In this document: positions 41,802 to 50,903 of the stretch, piece by piece
How the letters are laid out: the number at the start of each line of letters is the position of its first letter
Position numbering within the stretch: position 1 is the stretch's first letter
From: an uncultured Gimesia sp.
Lineage (GTDB): Bacteria > Planctomycetota > Planctomycetia > Planctomycetales > Planctomycetaceae
DNA length: 64,000 nt
Direction of reading: 5' to 3'
Assembly: GCF_963976445.1 (NCBI RefSeq)
Contig: NZ_CAXBKP010000008.1
Span: forward strand, 42,026-106,025
Program-made: the position numbers and the translations under genes
The notes under the pieces: model-generated
The model's input: the letters and a program-made list of their open reading frames with translations, nothing else
What the model was told of the DNA's origin: nothing
Databases searched by the model: none

Positions 41802-42617
41802 ATGAATACAAAACAAGTATTTTATGCCGCACTATTTGTTACTTTTGTCCAACTAGCCAGTGCTCAAAGCGCTCTCGCACAATATTATTTTGAACGAGAT
41901 CCAACGAGTTACGTAAGGGTAGTCGACGACATGGCAGCCGCTGTAATTGGATACGACTTATGGAATACTATTCCTCCATACAATAGTATTCCGTATCTCA
42001 ACGATCTAGATGTGGACAATTCAGATACAGGAGAGCAATCCCTGATCGCTGCGTTAACTAGCTCAGTGAGTACATCCTCTACTGTAATAGGCTATGTCAC
42101 AGCGTCTTCCAATACACAAATGACGTTCAACCCTGACTTAGTTGCCAATGGTCAGGTCTCTGCTCTTGCTATCAACACAGCGATCGCTGCATTGGATAGT
42201 GGGACTTATGAAGGTAGTCTTGCTATATTAAGTTCTACTGGTAGTAATACAAGAGCGATATGTTCGGCTAAGTTTACACTAAAAAATTCGCAAACTAACG
42301 CACCTCCGACACAAGTGAAATTAAAAATCAGACAGAGTATTTCACTCACGGATGATCCTGATTTTTTTTGGGTCCCTTCGCATAGTTTTTCCATTTATAA
42401 AAACGGATCATCGACAGCGTCATTAACATCTTCTTCTGATGGAGAAGTGACATTCATCGATCCAGCTGCAGTTCACGGTGACTATTATACTATTACCGGG
42501 ACAGTGAGTGCGGAGGGGGGGGTATCTAAATCAGGTCCATTACAGGCCCATCAAATGCTCCTGTTGGGTGGTAGCTGTGAGGTAACAGGTGAAGCCGAAG
42601 TTTCAGTTGTTCCTTAA
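41802..42617 (+). CDS. Secreted Ser/Thr-rich hypothetical protein
   Basis: 271 aa, signal peptide ending ALA-Q, RBS GGAAAGAG, AT-rich. Confidence 0.75.
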   Translation: MNTKQVFYAALFVTFVQLASAQSALAQYYFERDPTSYVRVVDDMAAAVIGYDLWNTIPPYNSIPYLNDLDVDNSDTGEQSLIAALTSSVSTSSTVIGYVTASSNTQMTFNPDLVANGQVSALAINTAIAALDSGTYEGSLAILSSTGSNTRAICSAKFTLKNSQTNAPPTQVKLKIRQSISLTDDPDFFWVPSHSFSIYKNGSSTASLTSSSDGEVTFIDPAAVHGDYYTITGTVSAEGGVSKSGPLQAHQMLLLGGSCEVTGEAEVSVVP

Positions 42618-42886
42618 TCATGTTTGAAGATATTCTATTCAATTGAGAAGAATAGAGTTTTATGCAGGAAGCAATTCACTTGACGGTGAATTGCTTCACT
42701 TTGTTCTTGATTCCCAAGTTCGCCCGATGGCGGCCGCGTGTGACCCGCTGAAAGTGGTCACGATTACTACCCGCGAAATTCTTTGACCCGTCTGGAATCC
42801 AGGTCATCCAAAATATCCAAGGAAGTCAATTTAACGTATGTGTGCGCTCTGAGTTGATCAGTTACCCTTGCGCGCTGAGAGTTAAT

Positions 42887-43141
42887 ATGCCCCACTTCAT
42901 CCGAATTGTGAGCCCCAGAAACTATCGAGTTTACGAGCTGATAAAAGAGCACTTCGACGCGACCTGCGACGACATCACCTTTGAGTCGTTGTGCCTCTAT
43001 TACAACCATAATCGAACCGCAGTTGTAACGGCCCTACAGATCCTTCAGCTTCATCGTTTCATTTCGCAGTGCGAACGTCATCGCTATCACCCGATTGATC
43101 GCAAGCCGCTGTTGATGCCGTTCAGAGGGGGTGTGAAATGA
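42887..43141 (+). CDS. Small hypothetical protein, possible winged helix
   Basis: 84 aa. Its stop overlaps the start of the next long ORF (ATGA at 43138). Confidence 0.4.
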   Translation: MPHFIRIVSPRNYRVYELIKEHFDATCDDITFESLCLYYNHNRTAVVTALQILQLHRFISQCERHRYHPIDRKPLLMPFRGGVK

Positions 43142-43233
43142 TGCGGTATCGAATTCACAAACTGATTGAATTATTTGATACGCCCGTTGGGTTCACGCTG
43201 ATTTTCGTGACGCTGGGGCCGCTTGTTTTAAGA

Positions 43234-43647
43234 ATGATCAGTCCGATTTTCGTTTTGAGTGCCTTGCTGCTGCCCGGCTGCCAGGGTGGAACATCAGAAC
43301 ACGGCCCTACCGGGTCGTTATCGGGAAAAGTGACTTATAAAGGCGAGCCGGTCAAAGAAGGCATGGTTCAATTTAACAACCCCGAAAAAGGTTTTGGCGG
43401 TCAGGCCGTAATCAGTGAAGAGGGAACCTATACCGTGACCAACAATGTCGGTGGTCTGGTGACGGGAACCTATCAGGTGAGTGTTGTTCCGCCGATGATT
43501 GAAAAGTCGTTTGGCCCAGACACGCCTCCCTCCGAAGTTCCGAAAGAAATGCCCAACATTCCGCAAAAATATCATTATCCCAAGACCAGCGGTTTGAGCA
43601 TCGAAATCAAAGCAGGCGAAAACACATTCGATATCGACATGCAATAA
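43234..43647 (+). CDS. Planctomycete carboxypeptidase-regulatory-like lipoprotein
   Basis: Lipobox LLLPGC, GKVTYKGEPV..G.V.F, G.Y.VSV and IP.KY.....SGL..EIK.GEN.FDI.M. Confidence 0.85.
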   Translation: MISPIFVLSALLLPGCQGGTSEHGPTGSLSGKVTYKGEPVKEGMVQFNNPEKGFGGQAVISEEGTYTVTNNVGGLVTGTYQVSVVPPMIEKSFGPDTPPSEVPKEMPNIPQKYHYPKTSGLSIEIKAGENTFDIDMQ

Positions 43648-43696
43648 AGCAGCATTGATTTCTTTCGAAACGGCTTTGCGGCTTTCAAAACAAGCC

Positions 43697-43737
43697 AACA
43701 GGTGATGCACTATTTTCATGCATCACCTGTTTTTTTT
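43697..43737 (+). terminator. Intrinsic terminator
   Basis: AACAGGTGATGCA-N9-TGCATCACCTGTT followed by a T run. Confidence 0.85.
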
Positions 43738-43961
43738 GCTCCTCTCACGAACGAAGGGCCGCTCTCCGTTTCTCTATGCCTCATTCGGGTAGCCATGACG
43801 ATCGCCTGGACCACCAGAATCAACTGATTCACACAATAATCCTACGCAAAAGCGGATTGATTCATGTCGAATGCGGCTTTATGATCGATTGATCCTCTAC
43901 TGTTATTAGTATTCATGAAGAACTCGTTCTGCCAGGCTGCTCGCGAAGAAAGAACTCGATC

Positions 43962-46382
43962 ATGCATCGGTCACTGATATATTGTTGGTCAGGAATTCTA
44001 CTCCTGCTCACCGGGACGTCTGCCTATGCTGAAACGGATGCGGCTCCGTTTGTCTCCGGTTTTGACCGGTTTGCCCGGCACGCAGAAATCGAACCCCAGG
44101 TCGGCGGCAAACTGTTACTGAGTGAACTCAGTTGTACCGCCTGCCATCAGACAGACCGTTCCGACCTGGCACCCAAAGGGGGACCGCGATTGACGGGCGT
44201 CGGGAACCGCCTGCAACAGCAATGGCTCCAGGAGTATCTGACGGCACCCCATGCGGTCAAACCGGGCTCCACCATGCCCGATATGCTGCAGCATTTACCG
44301 GCGGAAGAAAAACGTCAGACGATTGCAGCACTATCGGCATTTCTGATGTCACAACAAACAGAGTTCCCCACGATCAAAGCGACCGGTGCCAATCCGGTGC
44401 CTTATGAATTCTGGAAGAAGGGCAACGTCGAACGGGGGCAGGAGCTGTATCACAAGATCGGCTGCGTCGCCTGCCACGAACCTGATGAAACGTACGAGCC
44501 CGGTGAAACCAAAATTTCTCCCACCGATCAAATGCTGGCACAACTCGATCCGGAAGATATCATCGAAATGGGCCTGGCGGCGAAAATGCGTCCCGTCAAA
44601 TCGGTGCCACACGGTGATCTGCCCGCTAAGTACACGCGAAAAGTATTGACGTTTTTTCTACTGAATCCGGAACAGACGCGCCCCGCAGGCCGCATGCCGC
44701 AATTGAAATTGAAAGCGGTCGAAGCCGCCGACATCGCCGCGTATCTGCTCCGCGATCAGAAAACTCAACCCGCAGAGAACACTGCCGACAACGATTCCGC
44801 TCTGGTGGCAGAAGGGCGGAAACTGTTCGTTCAATTGCAATGCGTGAATTGTCATGCGGCACAAAACCTGAAACCAGAACAGTTCGCGAAACCGCTGGCG
44901 ACGTTAAACGCGAAAGCGTCGACAAGCTGCATTGGTCAGTCCCAGAAAGGCCTGCCTCACTATCCTTTGGATCAACAGCAGCAAGCAGCGATTCAACAGG
45001 CATTAGCCCACCTGTCCCAGAAACAGAAACCAGAACCCAAACAACAGTTGGCCTTTCAATTGCTGCAACTGAACTGTTATGCCTGTCACGAACGGGACAA
45101 ACTAGGGGGCGTCGGCTTCAATCGCAAGCCTTATTTCGAAACTGTCGGCCGTGTGGACCTCGGTGATGAAGGCCGGATTCCTCCCACGCTAACAGGCATC
45201 GGCTTTAAGCTGCAGAAAAAATGGCTGGCGAAAGTGTTGAGCGGCAAAGGCGATTTGCGATTTCACATGCAGGCCCGTATGCCGGTCTTTCCTAAATCAA
45301 CTGTCGGTTCGCTCCCGGTGAATTTCGAACAAGCGGACAACAGCCAGAAACAGCAATCAGATAAACAAGTCTTCCCCGATCATGGCAAGCTGGCCTCTTC
45401 AGGTCGCGTGATGCTGGAGACCGGCTGCATTCAATGCCATCCGATTCGCGGCGAAAGCATGCCGGGCGTGGTGGGCACTGATCTGGGTGATGTGACCAAC
45501 CGTGTGCATGCACAGTGGTTTCACGAATTTCTGCTCGATCCGGCTTCCTTGAAACCTCGCACTCGCATGCCGACGTTTTTCCCTGATGGAAAAAGTCAGA
45601 ATAAAACACTGTTCGACGGCAACGTGGATCGACAGATCGCGTCTCTCTGGTCCTACTTGAAAGCAGGATCAAAACAGCCGCTGCCGGAAAAAATCCTGGA
45701 AGCGAAATCAAAGAACTACGAGCTGGTTCCTGAAACGCGGCCGATCATTCTACGGACCTTTATGCAGGAGGCGGGAACGCATGCGATTGCCGTGGGTTTC
45801 CCGGAAAAAGTACACATCGCCTTTGATGCCGAACAGGTCCGGCCAGCGATCGCCTGGAAAGGACGGTTCCTCGATGCACAAGGAACCTGGTTTATTCGCT
45901 TCGCACCGCCGGCGATTCCATTGGACAAAAATCCCGTTCTCCTGCCCGCTGGAGCGCCGCTGGCACTCTTGAATAAACCAGGCCAGCCGTGGCCCGAATT
46001 CTCTGCGAAAGACAACAAATATCAATTTCAAGGCTATCGCGTTGACAAAGGGGGAGTTCCCACCTTTCTGTATCGCTTCGGACAATATGAGATTGAAGAT
46101 CGCATCGCCCCCGGGGAAAAGCAATCCCTGAAGCGAACCATTAAGATCAAAAGCGGCCCCAGTTCCGGGGCACAGACGAATCTCTGGTTCCGCGGTTTAA
46201 CAGGGAAATCGTTGAAACGGTTCCATCCCGCTACGGTGACGAATCAGGCTGGCTTGACGGTTTCTGTTGCGAACGCGTCACCGAAGACGAGTAAACTCCG
46301 CGAGATTGAGGGCGAACTCGACTGGATCATTCCAGTTCCCGCTGCTGAAACCACCACAATTGAGGTGACATACCAATGGTAA
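43962..46382 (+). CDS. Multiheme cytochrome c protein (5 CxxCH)
   Basis: CTACH, CVACH, CVNCH, CYACH and CIQCH; repeated (K/R)MP axial-Met motifs; signal peptide. Confidence 0.88.
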   Translation: MHRSLIYCWSGILLLLTGTSAYAETDAAPFVSGFDRFARHAEIEPQVGGKLLLSELSCTACHQTDRSDLAPKGGPRLTGVGNRLQQQWLQEYLTAPHAVKPGSTMPDMLQHLPAEEKRQTIAALSAFLMSQQTEFPTIKATGANPVPYEFWKKGNVERGQELYHKIGCVACHEPDETYEPGETKISPTDQMLAQLDPEDIIEMGLAAKMRPVKSVPHGDLPAKYTRKVLTFFLLNPEQTRPAGRMPQLKLKAVEAADIAAYLLRDQKTQPAENTADNDSALVAEGRKLFVQLQCVNCHAAQNLKPEQFAKPLATLNAKASTSCIGQSQKGLPHYPLDQQQQAAIQQALAHLSQKQKPEPKQQLAFQLLQLNCYACHERDKLGGVGFNRKPYFETVGRVDLGDEGRIPPTLTGIGFKLQKKWLAKVLSGKGDLRFHMQARMPVFPKSTVGSLPVNFEQADNSQKQQSDKQVFPDHGKLASSGRVMLETGCIQCHPIRGESMPGVVGTDLGDVTNRVHAQWFHEFLLDPASLKPRTRMPTFFPDGKSQNKTLFDGNVDRQIASLWSYLKAGSKQPLPEKILEAKSKNYELVPETRPIILRTFMQEAGTHAIAVGFPEKVHIAFDAEQVRPAIAWKGRFLDAQGTWFIRFAPPAIPLDKNPVLLPAGAPLALLNKPGQPWPEFSAKDNKYQFQGYRVDKGGVPTFLYRFGQYEIEDRIAPGEKQSLKRTIKIKSGPSSGAQTNLWFRGLTGKSLKRFHPATVTNQAGLTVSVANASPKTSKLREIEGELDWIIPVPAAETTTIEVTYQW

Positions 46383-47947
46383 AACAGTCCCATTTATTCC
46401 TGCTGACGCTGGTTCTGGCCACAGTCACGACAACGCTAGCCCGAACCGAACGGGTCTGCGCCGAGAGCGAAGACGATTACTATCGCCTCGTTTCGATTAT
46501 GACGCCGAAAGCCCAGACCGAATCGCGGGCAAAGAACTGGAAACCCGCGTCTGGTGATCTGGTGCTTGAGGTAAGCGGCCTCGCCGTACTCGATGATCAG
46601 CGTGTGGCCGTTGCGATTCGGAAAGGGGAAATCTGGATTCTGGATGGCGTGTATGACGAGCCTCCGAAGAATGTGACTTACAAACGCTTCGCCACCGCCC
46701 TGCATGAACCGCTGGGACTGATCTGGAAAGACGGCGCGTTTTATACTGTGCAGCGCAGCGAATTGACACGAATTCGTGATACCGATGGCGACGGGACCGC
46801 CGATGAATATCTGACCGTTGCCAAAGGCTGGGGTGTGACAGGCCACTATCATGAATACGCCTACGGCCCCGAACTCGACCATGATGGGAATCTGTGGCTC
46901 ACCTTAAATATCGGCCTGGGGCTCAAGAAGGAACACAAAGCACGAGCTGTGACCGACCCGACACTCGGATTTTCACAAGGTCGCTGGCGTGGCTGGGGCA
47001 TGAAATGCACGCCCGAGGGCAAACTGATTCCCGTCTGCGCTGGCATGCGTTCCCCTTCCGGACTGGGCGCGAATCGCGAAGGTGACATGTTCTACACCGA
47101 TCAGCAAGGCAACTGGGTCGCCACCAACACTCTGCATCACATGCGCGAAGGAGCGTTCTTCCATCATGTCGAAGCGCTGGCTTCGATGAACCTGGAAGGC
47201 TCTCCGATTCAGGGCATCAAAACGATTCCGAACGGACTCCCTTTTCCTGAAGCGATCAAACGCATGCCGCAACTGAAGCCGCCCGCTGTCTGGTTTCCGT
47301 ATAAGAAAGCGGGACAGTCGGCGACGGACATCATGCTGGATAACAGCGGCGGTAAGTTCGGTCCGTTCGACGGTCAATTTTTTGTCGGCGAATTCACACA
47401 AGCAGCCATGCATCGTGTCTTCCTGGAAAAAGTGGATGGCGAATACCAGGGCGCCTGTTTTCCGTTTCGCGAAGGCTTCGCATCAGCGGTCTTGCGGATG
47501 GATCAGGGAACCGACGGTAGCGTGTTTGTCGGTCTGACAAATCGCGGCTGGAGCAGTCTGGGAACGGCATCCTACGGACTGCAGCGTCTGATCTGGACGG
47601 GTAAGACGCCGTTTGAAATCAAAGAGATGCGAGCACAGCCGGACGGCTTTGCACTGGTTTTCACACAACCCGTGGATCTAAAAACCGCGGTCGACCCGAA
47701 GTCTTACAAGCTGAAAAGTTATACCTACACCTATCACTCGTCCTACGGCAGTGATGAGATTCTCAACAAAGAGTTGAAGATTGACGCCATCACAGTCTCG
47801 GATGACGGATTAAGAGTCCAATTGAAAACGAACGGACTGCGGCCCCTTTACGTTCATGAACTGCTTGCCGACGGCGTGAAAAATAAAGACGGGCAGCCGT
47901 TATTGCACCCGCAGGCGTATTACACGTTGAATCGCATTCCAAAATGA
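46376..47947 (+). CDS. Secreted beta-propeller dehydrogenase-like protein, partner of the cytochrome
   Basis: LHEPLGL, YHEYAYGP, G.RSP.G, DQQGNWV, YQGACFPF and GLTNRGW. Confidence 0.75.
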   Translation: MVKQSHLFLLTLVLATVTTTLARTERVCAESEDDYYRLVSIMTPKAQTESRAKNWKPASGDLVLEVSGLAVLDDQRVAVAIRKGEIWILDGVYDEPPKNVTYKRFATALHEPLGLIWKDGAFYTVQRSELTRIRDTDGDGTADEYLTVAKGWGVTGHYHEYAYGPELDHDGNLWLTLNIGLGLKKEHKARAVTDPTLGFSQGRWRGWGMKCTPEGKLIPVCAGMRSPSGLGANREGDMFYTDQQGNWVATNTLHHMREGAFFHHVEALASMNLEGSPIQGIKTIPNGLPFPEAIKRMPQLKPPAVWFPYKKAGQSATDIMLDNSGGKFGPFDGQFFVGEFTQAAMHRVFLEKVDGEYQGACFPFREGFASAVLRMDQGTDGSVFVGLTNRGWSSLGTASYGLQRLIWTGKTPFEIKEMRAQPDGFALVFTQPVDLKTAVDPKSYKLKSYTYTYHSSYGSDEILNKELKIDAITVSDDGLRVQLKTNGLRPLYVHELLADGVKNKDGQPLLHPQAYYTLNRIPK

Positions 47948-47967
47948 GCCAGACGGTAAGAGATGCA

Positions 47968-48555
47968 TCAATTCAAAAAGCCACGTTCGCGTAATTCCTG
48001 AATGTTGCCGGGCGCACTTTCCCAGACGCGTTCGGCGGCGTAGCGCATGATGGCGATGCCCCCCATGCCGGGCGGGGCGCTCAGAATGGCGGTGTGCTCT
48101 TCTTCTTCGTCGTCAAGCTGCTTGTTTAATTTGGCGACCGCCTCTTCGATACTGTCGCTGACGATACGTTCGGGGCCGCTGGTATTAGAGAACTTCAGAT
48201 TCGAAAAGCCGGCGGTGCGGGAAAGTAGAAACGCCGCTAAGTCGGCTTCTTCCTGTTCTTCGAAGAAGTTGCTAAACTCCGGTTCCATATGATCGGGTCT
48301 GATGATCATCGGACGGGTGACGCTGACTTCCCCTTTCCGAATCGTGACCGTCGAACCGGCTTCCGAAGCGCCGCAGACCAGATAATAAGGCAGCTTCTGA
48401 TCGCCGAACGTGAACAGAGAAAAATTCACGGGACGTTCAACCCGTACCGCTGTCCATATTTCGAAGAAACGCTGTTCATCGAACTCGTGAGAAAAATTCA
48501 TCAGGTTCCAACCGGGGTGAAGAGAAAAAACGGAGGGTTTGAACTTCTTGATCAA
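47968..48555 (-). CDS. Conserved hypothetical protein
   Basis: 195-aa ORF co-oriented with the upstream gene. The start is uncertain. Confidence 0.7.
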   Translation of the reverse strand: MIKKFKPSVFSLHPGWNLMNFSHEFDEQRFFEIWTAVRVERPVNFSLFTFGDQKLPYYLVCGASEAGSTVTIRKGEVSVTRPMIIRPDHMEPEFSNFFEEQEEADLAAFLLSRTAGFSNLKFSNTSGPERIVSDSIEEAVAKLNKQLDDEEEEHTAILSAPPGMGGIAIMRYAAERVWESAPGNIQELRERGFLN

Positions 48556-48564
48556 AGGCGTGTG

Positions 48565-49644
48565 TTAGCTGAGCTTTTTCAACTTACTGACTCGACCGAC
48601 TGAGACCCATTCGGTGACAAACAGATTGCCATCGTGATCAAAACAGGCATCGTGTGGGTGAATAAATCGCCCGGCTTCCCAGGTTTTGGGTTGCTTACGA
48701 ATTTGAAAGCCATCCAGGACTCGATTTGTCCAGTCCTGATTGTAACCTAAATGAGTGATGACTTTGTTGTTTTTGTCAAACAGGGTAACCCGTGCATGGA
48801 GATCGGAAACGACCATCGTCTCACCCTGAATATCAATATCGGCTGGAAAGCTGACCGTATTGACAAAACCCACGTGTTTTCCATCCAAAGTGAAATATTG
48901 CAAACGGTGGTTTGCCCGGTCGCAGACGGCGATTTTGGGTGTGCCATCCCGCTGATCAAGCCACATACCATGAGGCGTTTTCATCTTGCCGGCCTCGGTC
49001 CCACTGCCACCCCAGCTGAATTCGAACTTGCCGTCTTTCGTATACTTATGGATGTAATGCGAGCCATAACCGTCGCCGACATAAAATCCCCCATCGGGGG
49101 CAAAGGCGATGTTTGTGGGGCTGTAGCGAACTTTGTCGTCCTTGTAATGTTCGGGAGCCGCAGGACGGCCGATCGTCCAGACCACATCCCCTTTCAGATT
49201 CGTCTTGGCGACCACTCCATGTTTCGTGTCTGAAAGATATAGAAACTCTTCAGAGCCTTCTTTGCGAACATCAATGCCATGTCCGCCGCCATGATATTCC
49301 TTGCCGAAAGACCGCACAAACTTTCCATCAGGGTCAAAAACCACGATCGCATCCATGGGCGTTTTTGAATGTGCGCGATGTTTGATATAAATCAAGCCGG
49401 CTTCGTCGACACACACGCCGTGCGTTTCGCCCCACTGAATGTGTTTGGGAACGTCACCCCAACCATGGATCGCCTCGTATTGGAACGCGCCTTCACCCAG
49501 CACCGGATTCTTGACACCGGCTTTGTCTTCCGCACCGAGAATTGCGGGCGCGAAAAAGCTTCCCACGACCGCGCTACCAGCGGTTTTCAGGAAGTGGCGG
49601 CGAGAGTCGGAAGGGTGCGAATGCTGCAAGGAACGCTGATCCAT
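48565..49644 (-). CDS. Tat-exported NHL-repeat (peptidylglycine monooxygenase-like) beta-propeller
   Basis: SRRHFLK Tat signal, SPTNIAFAP, DGYGSHYIH, PHG.W.D, DRANHRLQ and HPHDACFD. Confidence 0.85.
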   Translation of the reverse strand: MDQRSLQHSHPSDSRRHFLKTAGSAVVGSFFAPAILGAEDKAGVKNPVLGEGAFQYEAIHGWGDVPKHIQWGETHGVCVDEAGLIYIKHRAHSKTPMDAIVVFDPDGKFVRSFGKEYHGGGHGIDVRKEGSEEFLYLSDTKHGVVAKTNLKGDVVWTIGRPAAPEHYKDDKVRYSPTNIAFAPDGGFYVGDGYGSHYIHKYTKDGKFEFSWGGSGTEAGKMKTPHGMWLDQRDGTPKIAVCDRANHRLQYFTLDGKHVGFVNTVSFPADIDIQGETMVVSDLHARVTLFDKNNKVITHLGYNQDWTNRVLDGFQIRKQPKTWEAGRFIHPHDACFDHDGNLFVTEWVSVGRVSKLKKLS

Positions 49645-49966
49645 AAAATTGACCTGGTATTAAAAGTTTCAAACAAGTTTCCATAATCCACAATAAGCGA
49701 AATCGCATTGTTAACTTGATCTTAACGGAGACATTGCCCTGTTCTCAATTGTGGATCGCAAAAAATAGGGTATTCTGACAATGTTCTCCGCACGTTCGTC
49801 CCTGTTTCGGGCTGCGCAAGCAGAGTCTTCGCAATTAAGATGGTCTTTGGAAAACGGTTATGGTATGAGATAAAGTACGAGAAAAATACAGCTTAGATGA
49901 CCTGACTCTGGTCTGTCTTTAACTTCATCAATTCCTGCTACTGCCCGTAACAAGGAATGGAACGCC

Positions 49967-50869
49967 ATGTACACAACGCGAATCTTGACTTTTTTGTTCA
50001 CCACCAGTGCCCTGATTTTGTTAACCATTGGTGGGCCAGTTACTGCCGATGATCAATCCACCGGGTCAAACGACTTGCGCATCGACTCAGTTCTGGTCAG
50101 CTTAATTGAGCAGGTCGAAGTGCCCGCGCGCGAAGTTGGTCAGCTCAATGAAATGCGGGTGAAGGAAGGCATGGCAGTTCAAAAAGGGGACGTTCTGGCA
50201 CAGATTGAAGTTACCGAAGCGGTGCTGTTAATGCAGCAGGCAAAACTGGAATTTCACATGGCGCTTCTCAAAGTAGAAAATGACGTGAATCTTCGTTTTG
50301 CCCAAAAGTCATATGAAGTGGCGAAAGCGGAACTGCAGCGGGCGGAAGATTCGATCAAGAAATACCCCAAGAGCATTTCCAAAACCGAACTGGACCGTTT
50401 GAAGCTCACGGCAGAAAAAGCGGAGCTGGAAATTGAACAGGCGGCCGAAGAAGCCAAGACCGTAAAACTGGAAGCCGAGTTCAAACGAAACGCCGAACGG
50501 ATTGCAGAGCTGGCCGTGCAGCGACGTAAAGTGATCTCGCCAATCACGGGAATGGTCGTGCAGATTATGACCAGAGAGGGTGAGTGGGTCCGCCCCGGCG
50601 ATACGGTCCTGCGAATCTTAAAGCTGGATCGTCTGCGTGCAGAAGGACTGATCAATGCGTCGCGGCTGCAGGAGCGGGATTTGAAAAATCGGCCCGTGGT
50701 ATTGCTCGTCAATCCGGGAACCAAACAGCAGATCGAATTCAAAGGCAAAGTTTCGTTTATCAGTCCCGAAGTCAATCCGGTCAATAACCAGACACGTGTC
50801 TGGGCCGAGATTGAAAACCCGGAGCTGAAGCTCAAACCGGGTATGCGGGCTTCCCTGATCATCAAATAA
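49967..50869 (+). CDS. HlyD/RND membrane-fusion protein
   Basis: Lipoyl-like half motifs (V.EG..V.KG..L and SPITG.V), coiled coil and GKVSFISP.V.P......V.AE..N....LKPGM. Confidence 0.9.
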   Translation: MYTTRILTFLFTTSALILLTIGGPVTADDQSTGSNDLRIDSVLVSLIEQVEVPAREVGQLNEMRVKEGMAVQKGDVLAQIEVTEAVLLMQQAKLEFHMALLKVENDVNLRFAQKSYEVAKAELQRAEDSIKKYPKSISKTELDRLKLTAEKAELEIEQAAEEAKTVKLEAEFKRNAERIAELAVQRRKVISPITGMVVQIMTREGEWVRPGDTVLRILKLDRLRAEGLINASRLQERDLKNRPVVLLVNPGTKQQIEFKGKVSFISPEVNPVNNQTRVWAEIENPELKLKPGMRASLIIK

Positions 50870-50903
50870 ACTTCCTTCGATTGAGAAAGCCACTGCCGCC
50901 ATC

